Virus record (IMG/VR): IMGVR_UViG_3300042731_009106
Span: 32,001-96,000 of that record
From: a virus
DNA: 64,000 nt
Reading direction: 5' to 3' (one strand)
Shown: positions 1 through 8,773 of the stretch, in pieces
Layout of the letters: each line of letters starts with the position of its first letter
Position numbering within the stretch: position 1 is the stretch's first letter
The notes under the pieces: generated by a model
What the model was told of the DNA's origin: nothing
Database searches by the model: none
Seen by the model: only the letters and a program-made list of their open reading frames with translations
Made by a program: the position numbers and the translations under genes

Positions 1-2133
1 TTCAAATTGCAATACAGAAAAAACTTTATTCAAAATATCAAAAAGTTAGTTAAACTAAATAGATTAGATGAAAGATTGTTAGATTTTGATTTAGCTAAGC
101 TATCAGAAGCTATTAAAATTAGCAGAGATAAAAACCTCAAATATCTTGGTGCTCAAATTTTATACGATAGATATTTCATTAGACAAGATGATAAAATCAT
201 GGAAGCTCCTCAATCGTTTTACATGAGGGTAGCCATGGGCTTAGCTTTAAATGAAGAAAACAAAAACGAAAAAGCAATTGAATTTTACAATTTAATTAGC
301 CAACAACTTTACACACCATCTACTCCTACCCTTTTCAATAGCGGCACTACTCATTCTCAACTCAGCTCATGCTACCTTAATACTTTTGATGATAGTATTG
401 ATGGTATTTTTGACGGTGCTTGGCAAGAAGCTAGAAAATCTAAGTATGCTGGTGGATTAGGATTTGATGTCACTCCATTCAGGTCTACAGGTTCTCACAT
501 CGAAGGAACTAATGGCATCTCCGGTGGATTGATTCCTTGGCTTAAAATATATAATGACTTATTGATCGCAGTCAATCAAGGTGGTAAGCGTCCCGGAGCT
601 GGCTGTGCATATCTTGAGCCTTGGCATTTAGATTTTGAAGACTTCTTAAACTTGCGCAGAAATACTGGTGATGACAGATTACGTTGTCACGACATGAATA
701 CTGCATCTTGGATCCCAGATGAATTCATGCGTAGAGTAAAAAATGAAGATACTTGGTATTTCTTTGATCCTAATGATGCCGATCTTCATGATTGCTTTGG
801 TGAAGAATTTGATAAAAAGTACAATGAATTGTGCCATAAAGCAGAAGAAGGCTTAGTTAAAAATTATAGAACTATTCCAGCAAAAGAGTTGTGGAAAAAA
901 ATGCTTAAAGTATTATTTGAAACTTCTCATCCTTGGTGTACATTCAAAGATCCTTGCAACATTCGATACACCAATCAACATGAAGGAGTTGTTCATAGTA
1001 GTAATCTTTGTACTGAAATTACATTACATACAAAAGCGTCTGAATACTCTTCAGGAAAAAAAACTAAAACTGGAGAGACTGCTGTTTGTAATTTAGGTTC
1101 TGTCAATTTATTAAATCATTTAAATAAAGACAATACTATTGACTATGACAAGTTAAAGTCGACAATACATCTCGCTATTAGAATGCTAGATAATGTTATA
1201 GATATCAATTTTTATCCAACAGAAGAAGCTAGCAACTCCAATTTAAGGAATCGCCCAATTGGCTTAGGCATGATGGCGCTACACGACATATGCCACAGAA
1301 TGAACATCAATATTGATAGTGATGAAGCTGTAAAATTAAATGATGATTTATTTGAATTTTATTCTTATCATGCAATTTTAGCTAGCAGTCAACTTGCTAA
1401 AGAAAAAGGTAAATATGAAACGTATAAGGGTTCCTTGTGGAGCCAAAACATTTTACCAATTGATTCTTATAATGTTTTATCTGAATATAAAAAATCTACT
1501 TTCTTAGGGCACGGAGAAAGCCCAAAGAATGATTGGAAATCCTTAAGGTCTCATGTCTCAGAACATGGAATGCGTAATAGTAATGTAATGGCGATTGCTC
1601 CAACTGCAACCATTGGCTACATTAATGGAGTAGAGCAAAGCATTGAGCCAAACTTCTCTGTTTTATTTGTATACGAAAATAAAAGTGGTAACTTCTATAT
1701 TACAAATCCACATTTCGTTAAAGACATGAAAGATAGAGGATTATGGACTAGTGAATTTGCTTCTCTAGTTAAAAGTTGTGACGGAGATTTATCTTTATTA
1801 AATGGAGACATTCCAGAAGATTTAAAAGATAAGTATAAAACTGCTTTCGATAGAGATATGCTTAAACTTATTGAATGTAATGCCGTTAGACAAAAATGGA
1901 TCGATCAAGCTGTAAGTTTTAATCTTTACAACAAAACAACTTCTTTAAAATATTTAAATGATATTTATATAGCTAGCTGGGAAGCTGGTTTAAAAACTAC
2001 GTATTATTTAAGAAACAGAGCTGCATCTAAGGTAGAAAAATCTACAAGTAGTGAAACTCAAAAAAGTCCAGAAGCCACTGCTTGCAGTATTGAAGCTATG
2101 AAAAACGGAGGCACTTGCGAATCTTGTCAATAA
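1..2133 (+). CDS. nrdA: Class Ia ribonucleotide reductase alpha subunit (5' truncated by window)
   Basis: PSTPTLFNSGT, QLSSCYL, HSSNLCTEI (radical Cys), AVCNLGS, APTATI, C-terminal CESCQ; frame open from base 1. Confidence 0.97.
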   Translation, partial: FKLQYRKNFIQNIKKLVKLNRLDERLLDFDLAKLSEAIKISRDKNLKYLGAQILYDRYFIRQDDKIMEAPQSFYMRVAMGLALNEENKNEKAIEFYNLISQQLYTPSTPTLFNSGTTHSQLSSCYLNTFDDSIDGIFDGAWQEARKSKYAGGLGFDVTPFRSTGSHIEGTNGISGGLIPWLKIYNDLLIAVNQGGKRPGAGCAYLEPWHLDFEDFLNLRRNTGDDRLRCHDMNTASWIPDEFMRRVKNEDTWYFFDPNDADLHDCFGEEFDKKYNELCHKAEEGLVKNYRTIPAKELWKKMLKVLFETSHPWCTFKDPCNIRYTNQHEGVVHSSNLCTEITLHTKASEYSSGKKTKTGETAVCNLGSVNLLNHLNKDNTIDYDKLKSTIHLAIRMLDNVIDINFYPTEEASNSNLRNRPIGLGMMALHDICHRMNINIDSDEAVKLNDDLFEFYSYHAILASSQLAKEKGKYETYKGSLWSQNILPIDSYNVLSEYKKSTFLGHGESPKNDWKSLRSHVSEHGMRNSNVMAIAPTATIGYINGVEQSIEPNFSVLFVYENKSGNFYITNPHFVKDMKDRGLWTSEFASLVKSCDGDLSLLNGDIPEDLKDKYKTAFDRDMLKLIECNAVRQKWIDQAVSFNLYNKTTSLKYLNDIYIASWEAGLKTTYYLRNRAASKVEKSTSSETQKSPEATACSIEAMKNGGTCESCQ

Positions 2134-2134
2134 A

Positions 2135-2140
2135 GTGTAA
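2135..2140 (+). promoter_or_regulatory. GTGTAW motif (candidate phage promoter)
   Basis: GTGTAA 8 nt before ATG 2149. Confidence 0.6.
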
Positions 2141-2148
2141 ACCTTTAT

Positions 2149-2559
2149 ATGACAGAAGCCGCCGGGATAGGTTTAATTTATAAAGATTTAGTTTTACTAG
2201 CTAAAAGAGTATATACTTGGGAAGGTAAACCAATTAAATATGCAGGGTACTGGTCAATCTTTTGCGGTACAAAAGAAGAGGGAGAAAGTTTTTTCTCTGC
2301 TGCTATGAGAGAATTGTATGAAGAAACTAAAATAAAAATTAAACTAGAAGACTTAAATTATGTTCAACCTATTATAGAAGAAGACTTAAGATTAGAGCTT
2401 TATTTCTCTAGGTTAAACGAGCAATTAATGCCAGACTTAAATCCAGAAGAGCATACTGAATTTGGATGGTTTAAAATAGATGAGCTTGACCATTTTCCGT
2501 ATGACATTTGTCCACATATTGTAGATAGAATAAAAAAATTCTTGAAAACTGAATATTAG
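2149..2559 (+). CDS. NUDIX hydrolase
   Basis: Nudix box G-TKEEGESFFSAAMRELYEETKI; EHTEFGWF. Confidence 0.9.
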   Translation: MTEAAGIGLIYKDLVLLAKRVYTWEGKPIKYAGYWSIFCGTKEEGESFFSAAMRELYEETKIKIKLEDLNYVQPIIEEDLRLELYFSRLNEQLMPDLNPEEHTEFGWFKIDELDHFPYDICPHIVDRIKKFLKTEY

Positions 2560-2583
2560 TGTAACATTATATGAGTTATATCT

Positions 2584-3498
2584 ATGAAAATATCGAGAAA
2601 TCTTCCCTCAAATTATACACTTACTAACTTAATTAACCACTTAGAATCTTCTGACTCTAAAGCTGTTGATCAAGAGCTAAGAGATCAATTTGATGTAATG
2701 CTTGGATCTACTACTACAGTCAGTTCTGGCACATATCAAATAGAAGGAATTTCTACTGACAGAGTTTTATTTAAATTTGGTGGAAATTATTGCTGGTTAG
2801 CTAAGTCTGGAAGAGGAACTTCTTTTGAATTTTCTGACTCAGGTGGAACAACTATTAGTTCTGGTAGTGAAACTGGATACGATACAAGTAGCTTTGATGA
2901 TTTCACTTTTTACGGAACTGGCGATAATTCAGCCAATACTACCCATATCACTTTATCTTCATCTCAGACTGCTAATACATGGCTAACAACCTCCAATGTT
3001 GGCAAATTTTCAAAAGGTTATTCTGAAATTTCTACAGTAACCAAAGAAGAAAGCAGCAGGGGTGGTAGTGATGGTCCTGAATATAAATTAAACTTAGATG
3101 GTGGGACTCATTTTTATATTGATTATGATTTCCCTGAAAGTTATACAGATTATAATAAAATTTATATTACTTTAGAAAATAATTTAAATTTAATTGATGA
3201 AACTGCCGATAACTTTTTATCTGTCTTTCTATACATAACCTCAAGTACTGCAACTACCTCTCAATCAACCCAACCAATCAATCTCCCTGACATAAAGTTA
3301 GAAACCTCTTATAGTGAAAATTCTTCAGTTAGCGAAACTATAGATGTAGCTTCTTTTGAAAACTTCTCACTTAGTAATCCTAAATATAGTTTATTATTAG
3401 GTAGCTCTACATATTTAATACCCTTAAAAATCAATATAGTAAGACTTCCTTTTGGTAGTACTTCTTCGTTTAAAGTATATACAACCCTTGCAAGCTAA
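2584..3498 (+). CDS. Ser/Thr-rich putative virion protein; N-terminus paralogous to 3498-5246
   Basis: S/T/G-rich beta-type composition; shared motif HL..S..VDQE.RD...........GTY.I.G. Confidence 0.55.
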   Translation: MKISRNLPSNYTLTNLINHLESSDSKAVDQELRDQFDVMLGSTTTVSSGTYQIEGISTDRVLFKFGGNYCWLAKSGRGTSFEFSDSGGTTISSGSETGYDTSSFDDFTFYGTGDNSANTTHITLSSSQTANTWLTTSNVGKFSKGYSEISTVTKEESSRGGSDGPEYKLNLDGGTHFYIDYDFPESYTDYNKIYITLENNLNLIDETADNFLSVFLYITSSTATTSQSTQPINLPDIKLETSYSENSSVSETIDVASFENFSLSNPKYSLLLGSSTYLIPLKINIVRLPFGSTSSFKVYTTLAS

Positions 3499-5246
3499 TG
3501 TCTGGAAGTATTTCAGATTCCTTAGAAAACAATGATCTAAGTTCACTTACAGATCATTTAGGTAAAAAAGGTTCACAAATGGTTGATCAAGAATACAGAG
3601 ATATTCTTGAAAATTTATTTCAAAAAAGCAAAAGCGTTCCAGCTGGAACCTATACATTACATGGATTAACTATTGCGGGTGGCGAATATAGTGACGAAGC
3701 CAGAATAGTATTCAAATACCCCAATAACAACAGAAAGGGTGTATACCACGATCATCTTTTATCCAAACGCGGTACAGATTTTGTATTTCTAAATGACGAC
3801 AATGAGGTCGTTAATCCCGGAAGTGAAATTAACGAATCTACTGGCTCTACATATGGGGCTGGAGAATTTGCTCAAGTTTATTTTAATGGACCACAATACA
3901 ATCCTACATCTAATGTTAAAAAAATCAGGTTTTTTAAAAAAACTGAAGTTTCAACTTGGATGAGTACTTCTGAAATTGAATCTTCTTTTGATGATCCATC
4001 TGATTCCATCCCAGTAACTCAATCAGCGACTACTAAAACTTCTGATAATGTATATTCTGGTTCTGATACTAGATACTGGTATGATTTAGATTTAACTCAA
4101 GGCAATGTTTTTACAATTAATTACAATCCTTCTAGCAGTGATTGTTTACTGAATTTATCTCTCAAAAATGCCAATACCTTTTATGAATTTGTAGAGCCGA
4201 ATGTTACTGGAGATGGCAATATGTCTTGGGGCTTCTTGGATGCTACTTCGGGAAATAGGTCTCTCAGCAGTGGGCCTTATTTTTCGCATAACATAAAGTT
4301 ATTTATCAAAAAAACAGGAAGCACTACATGCTCTTCTTCTGCTACTATTAGTAGATTAAATTTAGATTTCGGCTCTTCCGTGGTTGAAATAAAATTAGAG
4401 AGACCATTACTTTTAAAATTTGACTCTAGCTCTAGCTTGAGCGACATTTATCCCGTTAATATAAAATTAGTTAGATCTCCTGTTGGTTGGTTTTGTTCTT
4501 TATTGCATGATTTCAACGGAAGTGTTAGTCCAGTTAAAGATGAGATGGTTATTAAAACTAAAAATGGAAACAAAATGAGTTTTCAATTGAGTTTTAAAAG
4601 TGAAGTTAAAATTGATTGGGGGGATGGAACCTCAAGCACTTTTACTAACGACACTGAAAATAATCAAAAAACAGAAGTTGTAACAAAGACTTATGCTAGT
4701 TCAGCAGTAAGAACTATAACTATCGCTGGAGACGTTAAAACACTTTTTTTCTACTTACTTCCAAACGGCTCCTACTTATCCGATAATTCAGGAAGTTTAT
4801 TTTTAGATGAATTAAAAATTTCAGGACTCCCTGAGCTAAGTTTAAGTTACATTGTTGCAGCAACTTCAATTTCAAAGTTAGATTTAAGTGAATTTACCGG
4901 AAGGCCTAATACATTAAGTAATATGTGTAAAGAGTGCGCTTCTTTAACTGAAGTGACAGGTTTAGAAAGATTAAATGTTTCAAAAGTCAGTGATATAGAT
5001 TTTATTTTTCGTGGTTGTTATAAATTAGCAAATCTTTCTGGCATAGAAAACTGGAATTTAATGAACTTAGCATTTGCTGATTATGCCTTTTATTATTTCG
5101 GAACACAATTAAGTTCTAGCGACCCTGCATATTCCTTAGATTTATCAAACTGGAGCGTTCCAAACGTCACTAGCGCCCCAAATGGTTTTGCTACTAATGG
5201 AATTTTAGAGGGAGAAACTAGCAGATTACCTAGTTGGGGTTCTTAG
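3498..5246 (+). CDS. Putative virion/adhesion protein with PKD-like segment and C-terminal BspA/DUF285-like repeats
   Basis: IDWGDGT; NTLSNMCKECASLTEVTGLERLNVSKV, GIENWNL, LDLSNWSVPNV repeats. Confidence 0.65.
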   Translation: MSGSISDSLENNDLSSLTDHLGKKGSQMVDQEYRDILENLFQKSKSVPAGTYTLHGLTIAGGEYSDEARIVFKYPNNNRKGVYHDHLLSKRGTDFVFLNDDNEVVNPGSEINESTGSTYGAGEFAQVYFNGPQYNPTSNVKKIRFFKKTEVSTWMSTSEIESSFDDPSDSIPVTQSATTKTSDNVYSGSDTRYWYDLDLTQGNVFTINYNPSSSDCLLNLSLKNANTFYEFVEPNVTGDGNMSWGFLDATSGNRSLSSGPYFSHNIKLFIKKTGSTTCSSSATISRLNLDFGSSVVEIKLERPLLLKFDSSSSLSDIYPVNIKLVRSPVGWFCSLLHDFNGSVSPVKDEMVIKTKNGNKMSFQLSFKSEVKIDWGDGTSSTFTNDTENNQKTEVVTKTYASSAVRTITIAGDVKTLFFYLLPNGSYLSDNSGSLFLDELKISGLPELSLSYIVAATSISKLDLSEFTGRPNTLSNMCKECASLTEVTGLERLNVSKVSDIDFIFRGCYKLANLSGIENWNLMNLAFADYAFYYFGTQLSSSDPAYSLDLSNWSVPNVTSAPNGFATNGILEGETSRLPSWGS

Positions 5247-5251
5247 TTTTA

Positions 5252-5257
5252 GTGTAT
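5252..5257 (+). promoter_or_regulatory. GTGTAW motif
   Basis: GTGTAT 11 nt before ATG 5269. Confidence 0.6.
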
Positions 5258-5268
5258 ATATAAATGTT

Positions 5269-5982
5269 ATGGATATTGAATTAGATTTTTCAGAAGAAAT
5301 TAGAGCTAAAGTCATGGCTGAAGTAGGATTCGAGGAAGAGATCTCCGAAGAGTCTTGGGCAGCCGAAAAACAAAAAGGTAAATCCTTAAATAAACCCTTT
5401 AGAACTCCGGGTGGACCTAAAAAGTTTTCTGTTTACGTTAAAAACGAAAAAGGAAATGTTGTTAAGGTAAACTTTGGAGATCCAAATATGGAAATCAAAA
5501 GAGATGATCCATCCCGTAGAAAATCTTTTAGAGCTCGACACAATTGCGATAACCCCGGACCTAAGACCAAAGCAAAGTATTGGTCTTGTAAAATGTGGAG
5601 CAAAAAAAGTGTCACCAAAGTAACTAAAGGCGAAGAAGGTGCCGAAGAAGAAATGACTGAATTTCTTGATGAATCTGAATCTGCCTTAACAGAACAACAA
5701 AAAAAACTTCCACCCGCCATCCAACAAGCTATATTAAAAAAGAAAGGCGGAAAAGATTCCAAAGACTCTAAAGACTCTAAAGATAAAAAAGAATCTAAAG
5801 AAGACAAAGAAAAAGGTAAAGAAGAATCTGATGCTAAAAAAGGTCTCTGGGAAAATATTAGAGACAAAAAGAAACGCGAAGGTAAGAATTATCGCCCAGC
5901 TAAACCCGGTGATAAAGACTACCCAGATCCTAAAGCTTTAAAAAAAGCTCAAGAATCTAGTAAAAAAAAGAAAAAACAGTAG
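5269..5982 (+). CDS. Highly charged modular phage protein (putative internal virion/DNA-binding protein)
   Basis: Acidic N-terminus; KPFRTPGGPKKF...SFRARHNCD..GPK.KA.YWSCKMW module; KDS repeats; Lys-rich tail. Confidence 0.6.
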   Translation: MDIELDFSEEIRAKVMAEVGFEEEISEESWAAEKQKGKSLNKPFRTPGGPKKFSVYVKNEKGNVVKVNFGDPNMEIKRDDPSRRKSFRARHNCDNPGPKTKAKYWSCKMWSKKSVTKVTKGEEGAEEEMTEFLDESESALTEQQKKLPPAIQQAILKKKGGKDSKDSKDSKDKKESKEDKEKGKEESDAKKGLWENIRDKKKREGKNYRPAKPGDKDYPDPKALKKAQESSKKKKKQ

Positions 5983-5998
5983 TATAATTAATTATACT

Positions 5999-6004
5999 GT
6001 GTAT
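5999..6004 (+). promoter_or_regulatory. GTGTAW motif
   Basis: GTGTAT 8 nt before gmd ATG 6013; preceded by an 18-bp palindrome at 5981-5998. Confidence 0.6.
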
Positions 6005-6012
6005 AATACTAC

Positions 6013-7056
6013 ATGGTAAAAAAAGTAATTATTACCGGAGTTACCGGTCAAGACGGTAGCCACATGGTCGATTTCTTATTGAGAGAAACTGACTATGCAA
6101 TTTTTGGCGGAGTAAGACGCCTTAGTGTTAAAAATCACACTAATATAAAACATAATTTATCTAATGATCGTTTTGAGTTAGTGCCTATTGATTTATCAGA
6201 TCCTTATTCAATTAGAAATGCTATTGAAGAAATAAAACCTGATTATTTTATAAATTTTGCAGCACAATCTTTCGTGACTGCTAGTTGGAAATATCCTATA
6301 CAAACATGGAACTGTGACTCTACTGCAATTATTCATATTCTAGAATCTATACGTTTAATTGTGCCTCACTGTAAATTTTATAATGCTGGATCATCTGAAG
6401 AGTTTGGGGACATTGTATATAGCCCTCAAAACGAAAGCCACCCATTAAACCCTCAATCACCATACGGTGCAGCTAAAGCTGGTGCTAGGCAAATAGTTAG
6501 AGTCTACAGAGAGTCCTTTAATTTATATGCCGTTCAAGGTTGGTTGTTTAACCACGAAGGAACTCGTAGAGGTAAAGAATTTGTTACTCGTAAAATTTCT
6601 TCAAGTGTCGCTAAAATAAAAATTGCACTAGAAAAAGGCGAAAAACCAGAGACTTTAATGCTAGGAAACTTAAATGCAGAAAGAGACTGGACTGATGCAG
6701 AAGATTTTATGTCAGGTGTTTGGCTTATGCTACACCAAGATTCTCCTAAAAATTATGTCCTAGCTAGTGGAAAAACTTATACTATTAGATTTTTTCTAGA
6801 AGAGTGCTTTAAAGTTGCTGGAATTAATTTCACAAGAAGAGGTAAAGGAATCTCTGAAGCCTACTACGACAATAAAGGCAATATATTAGTAGCGATTAAC
6901 CCTGAATTCTTTAGACCAGCCGAAGTAAAGCATTTACTAGGAGATCCAACTAAAGCGGAAGAAGAGTTGGGTTGGACTAGAAAGTGTGATATTTATGGGT
7001 TAGTTGCAAAAATGTATCACAACGACTACGCTCTAGAAAGTGAAAAAAAAGCTTAA
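6013..7056 (+). CDS. gmd: GDP-mannose 4,6-dehydratase
   Basis: ITGVTGQDGSH, AAQSFV, SSEEFG, PQSPYGAAK, LFNHEG.RRG.EFVTRKI, GNL.A.RDW. Confidence 0.97.
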   Translation: MVKKVIITGVTGQDGSHMVDFLLRETDYAIFGGVRRLSVKNHTNIKHNLSNDRFELVPIDLSDPYSIRNAIEEIKPDYFINFAAQSFVTASWKYPIQTWNCDSTAIIHILESIRLIVPHCKFYNAGSSEEFGDIVYSPQNESHPLNPQSPYGAAKAGARQIVRVYRESFNLYAVQGWLFNHEGTRRGKEFVTRKISSSVAKIKIALEKGEKPETLMLGNLNAERDWTDAEDFMSGVWLMLHQDSPKNYVLASGKTYTIRFFLEECFKVAGINFTRRGKGISEAYYDNKGNILVAINPEFFRPAEVKHLLGDPTKAEEELGWTRKCDIYGLVAKMYHNDYALESEKKA

Positions 7057-7990
7057 TGTTGTTATAGCTGGTAGCAATGGCATGGTAGGCTCCGCAGTCT
7101 ACCGTACTTTATTATCTAGCGACAAATACTTTCCAGTTGAATTAAACAGACATATAGCAGACATCACTCAACCTTTTGATGTTAAAAATTTTTTAAGACT
7201 TACATCACCTGATATTATTATTAATTGCGCAGCTAAGGTTGGAGGCATTAATGCTAACAATACATATCCAGCAGATTTCATTAGAGATAATTTAAAAATT
7301 AATATTAATTTAATTGATGCTGCTTATGAGTATGGAGTCGAAAGATTTATTAATCTTGGCAGTTCTTGTATTTACCCAAGAGATGCATCACAACCCTTAA
7401 AAGAAAATAGTCTATTAAGTGGACCTTTAGAAAAAACAAATGATGCTTATGCTTTAGCTAAAATAGCTGGACTGGAAATGTGTAGGCACTATCGCAATCA
7501 GTATGGAGTTTACTATCATTCTCTCATGCCAACTAATTTGTATGGAGACAATGACAATTATCATTTAAAAGATTCTCATGTTTTACCAGCTCTTATCAGG
7601 AAAATACATGAAGCCAAGGTTTCCGGCATGAGCGCTGTACAAATGTGGGGAACAGGCGAAGCCAAGAGGGAGTTCCTTCATGCTAATGATGTTGCTGATG
7701 CAATTATTTTCTTGCTTGACCAAAAAGATTTGCCTGACATTATTAATATTGGCACAGGCTCTGATTTAAAAATTTCAGAGTTGGCTAACTTGATTAAAAA
7801 TATTATAGGTTTTCAAGGAGATTTTATCTATAATACAGATATGCCTGACGGTACACCAGTAAAAAGGCTAGACATGTCTATAATGAATAGTTTAGGCTGG
7901 AAACCGAAAATAGATTTAAAAACAGGTTTAAAGTTAGCTTATAAAGACTATCTTAAAAGGTTAGAAAACAAGACCCTTAGGGGGCTCTAA
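7040..7990 (+). CDS. fcl: GDP-L-fucose synthase
   Basis: GSNGMVGSA, CAAKVGGI.AN..YPADFI..NL, LGSSCIYP, YALAKIAG, PTNLYG.NDN, GTG.A.REFLH. Confidence 0.96.
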   Translation: MKKKLNVVIAGSNGMVGSAVYRTLLSSDKYFPVELNRHIADITQPFDVKNFLRLTSPDIIINCAAKVGGINANNTYPADFIRDNLKININLIDAAYEYGVERFINLGSSCIYPRDASQPLKENSLLSGPLEKTNDAYALAKIAGLEMCRHYRNQYGVYYHSLMPTNLYGDNDNYHLKDSHVLPALIRKIHEAKVSGMSAVQMWGTGEAKREFLHANDVADAIIFLLDQKDLPDIINIGTGSDLKISELANLIKNIIGFQGDFIYNTDMPDGTPVKRLDMSIMNSLGWKPKIDLKTGLKLAYKDYLKRLENKTLRGL

Positions 7991-8007
7991 TTGGCACAGT
8001 TGTTGCA
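7991..8007 (+). promoter_or_regulatory. sigma54 (-24/-12) promoter upstream of hsp20
   Basis: TTGGCACAGTTGTTGCA matches TGGCAC-N5-TTGCW with exact spacing, in an intergenic gap. Confidence 0.7.
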
Positions 8008-8086
8008 ATTAATATATTGAAGCATCATTAAAAATGCTTTATGAGTGACAATGTGACTCATTTAACCCTTAATCAATATATATATT

Positions 8087-8479
8087 ATGACAACATTACT
8101 CTTCAATAAATACCAAAGAGCGCCATTCCATTCTTTTTTAGATGATGTTCTTGAGAGCTCTAACTCTAAAGCTAACATTGTAGATCATCCTGATAAGATA
8201 GAGATCATTGCAGAAATTCCCGGATTTTCTAAAGATGAAGTTTCTATAGATCTAAAAGAAAATGTTCTTTCAATCAAGACGAAAGAATCTAAAACTACGA
8301 AAACAGAAGACTCAAAGTATATTCTACAAGAGTTAAGTGATCCAAAATTTAATAGATCTTTTAAACTTAGTGACAATTTTGATTTAAATAAAATTAAAGC
8401 TTCTTTTACTAACGGGTTACTGCATGTTGATGTATCAAAAAAGAAGCCAGAAAAACCAAAAAAAATAAAAATAGTATAA
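8087..8479 (+). CDS. Small heat shock protein, Hsp20/alpha-crystallin family
   Basis: AEIPGFSKDEVSI, FNRSFKL, IKASFTNGLLHVDV, KKIKI. Confidence 0.95.
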   Translation: MTTLLFNKYQRAPFHSFLDDVLESSNSKANIVDHPDKIEIIAEIPGFSKDEVSIDLKENVLSIKTKESKTTKTEDSKYILQELSDPKFNRSFKLSDNFDLNKIKASFTNGLLHVDVSKKKPEKPKKIKIV

Positions 8480-8487
8480 CCATAAAC

Positions 8488-8510
8488 AGCCCTCTTAGGA
8501 GGGCTTTTTT
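8488..8510 (+). terminator. Rho-independent terminator after hsp20
   Basis: AGCCCTC-TTAG-GAGGGCT hairpin followed by a T-tract. Confidence 0.85.
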
Positions 8511-8516
8511 GTGTAT
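8511..8516 (+). promoter_or_regulatory. GTGTAW motif
   Basis: GTGTAT 8 nt before GTG 8525, directly after the terminator. Confidence 0.6.
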
Positions 8517-8524
8517 TAATAGTT

Positions 8525-8770
8525 GTGAATCGCAAGAAAACTTTAGACGATTATCGTAAGAACGCTCCTGAGATCCCAACAAATACATGTCCATACATTG
8601 ATTTTGTTCAAGAGATTCTAAAAGAAGTTATAGATGAAAATGAGTCTACGCTCATAGAACAAAAATTGAATTTAGCGGATTCTATGTTAGAATATATCAG
8701 GCAAAGCAATGAATCCTTAAGGCAAAGTTCTCATTATTGGTATACTAAATTTAAGACTAAGGTAAAATAA
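8525..8770 (+). CDS. Small hypothetical phage protein
   Basis: 81 aa ORF with motif upstream; APEIPTNTCPYID. Confidence 0.7.
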   Translation: MNRKKTLDDYRKNAPEIPTNTCPYIDFVQEILKEVIDENESTLIEQKLNLADSMLEYIRQSNESLRQSSHYWYTKFKTKVK

Positions 8771-8773
8771 TTT

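Noticed and set aside
2559-2627. GTGTAA at 2559 with ATG 2571 (18-aa ORF) as the true gene start
   Set aside because: ATG 2571 is out of frame with the 304-aa gene, and homology with the 3498 paralog favours 2584; the motif is 19 nt away so it was not counted among clean instances
5751-5800. 9-bp AAAGACTCT repeat as a DNA-level element
   Set aside because: Fully explained by KDS low-complexity protein coding
8018-8086. ROSE/CIRCE heat-shock element before hsp20
   Set aside because: No TTAGCACTC-N9-GAGTGCTAA and no SD-sequestering stem; the hairpins are noted but not classifiable
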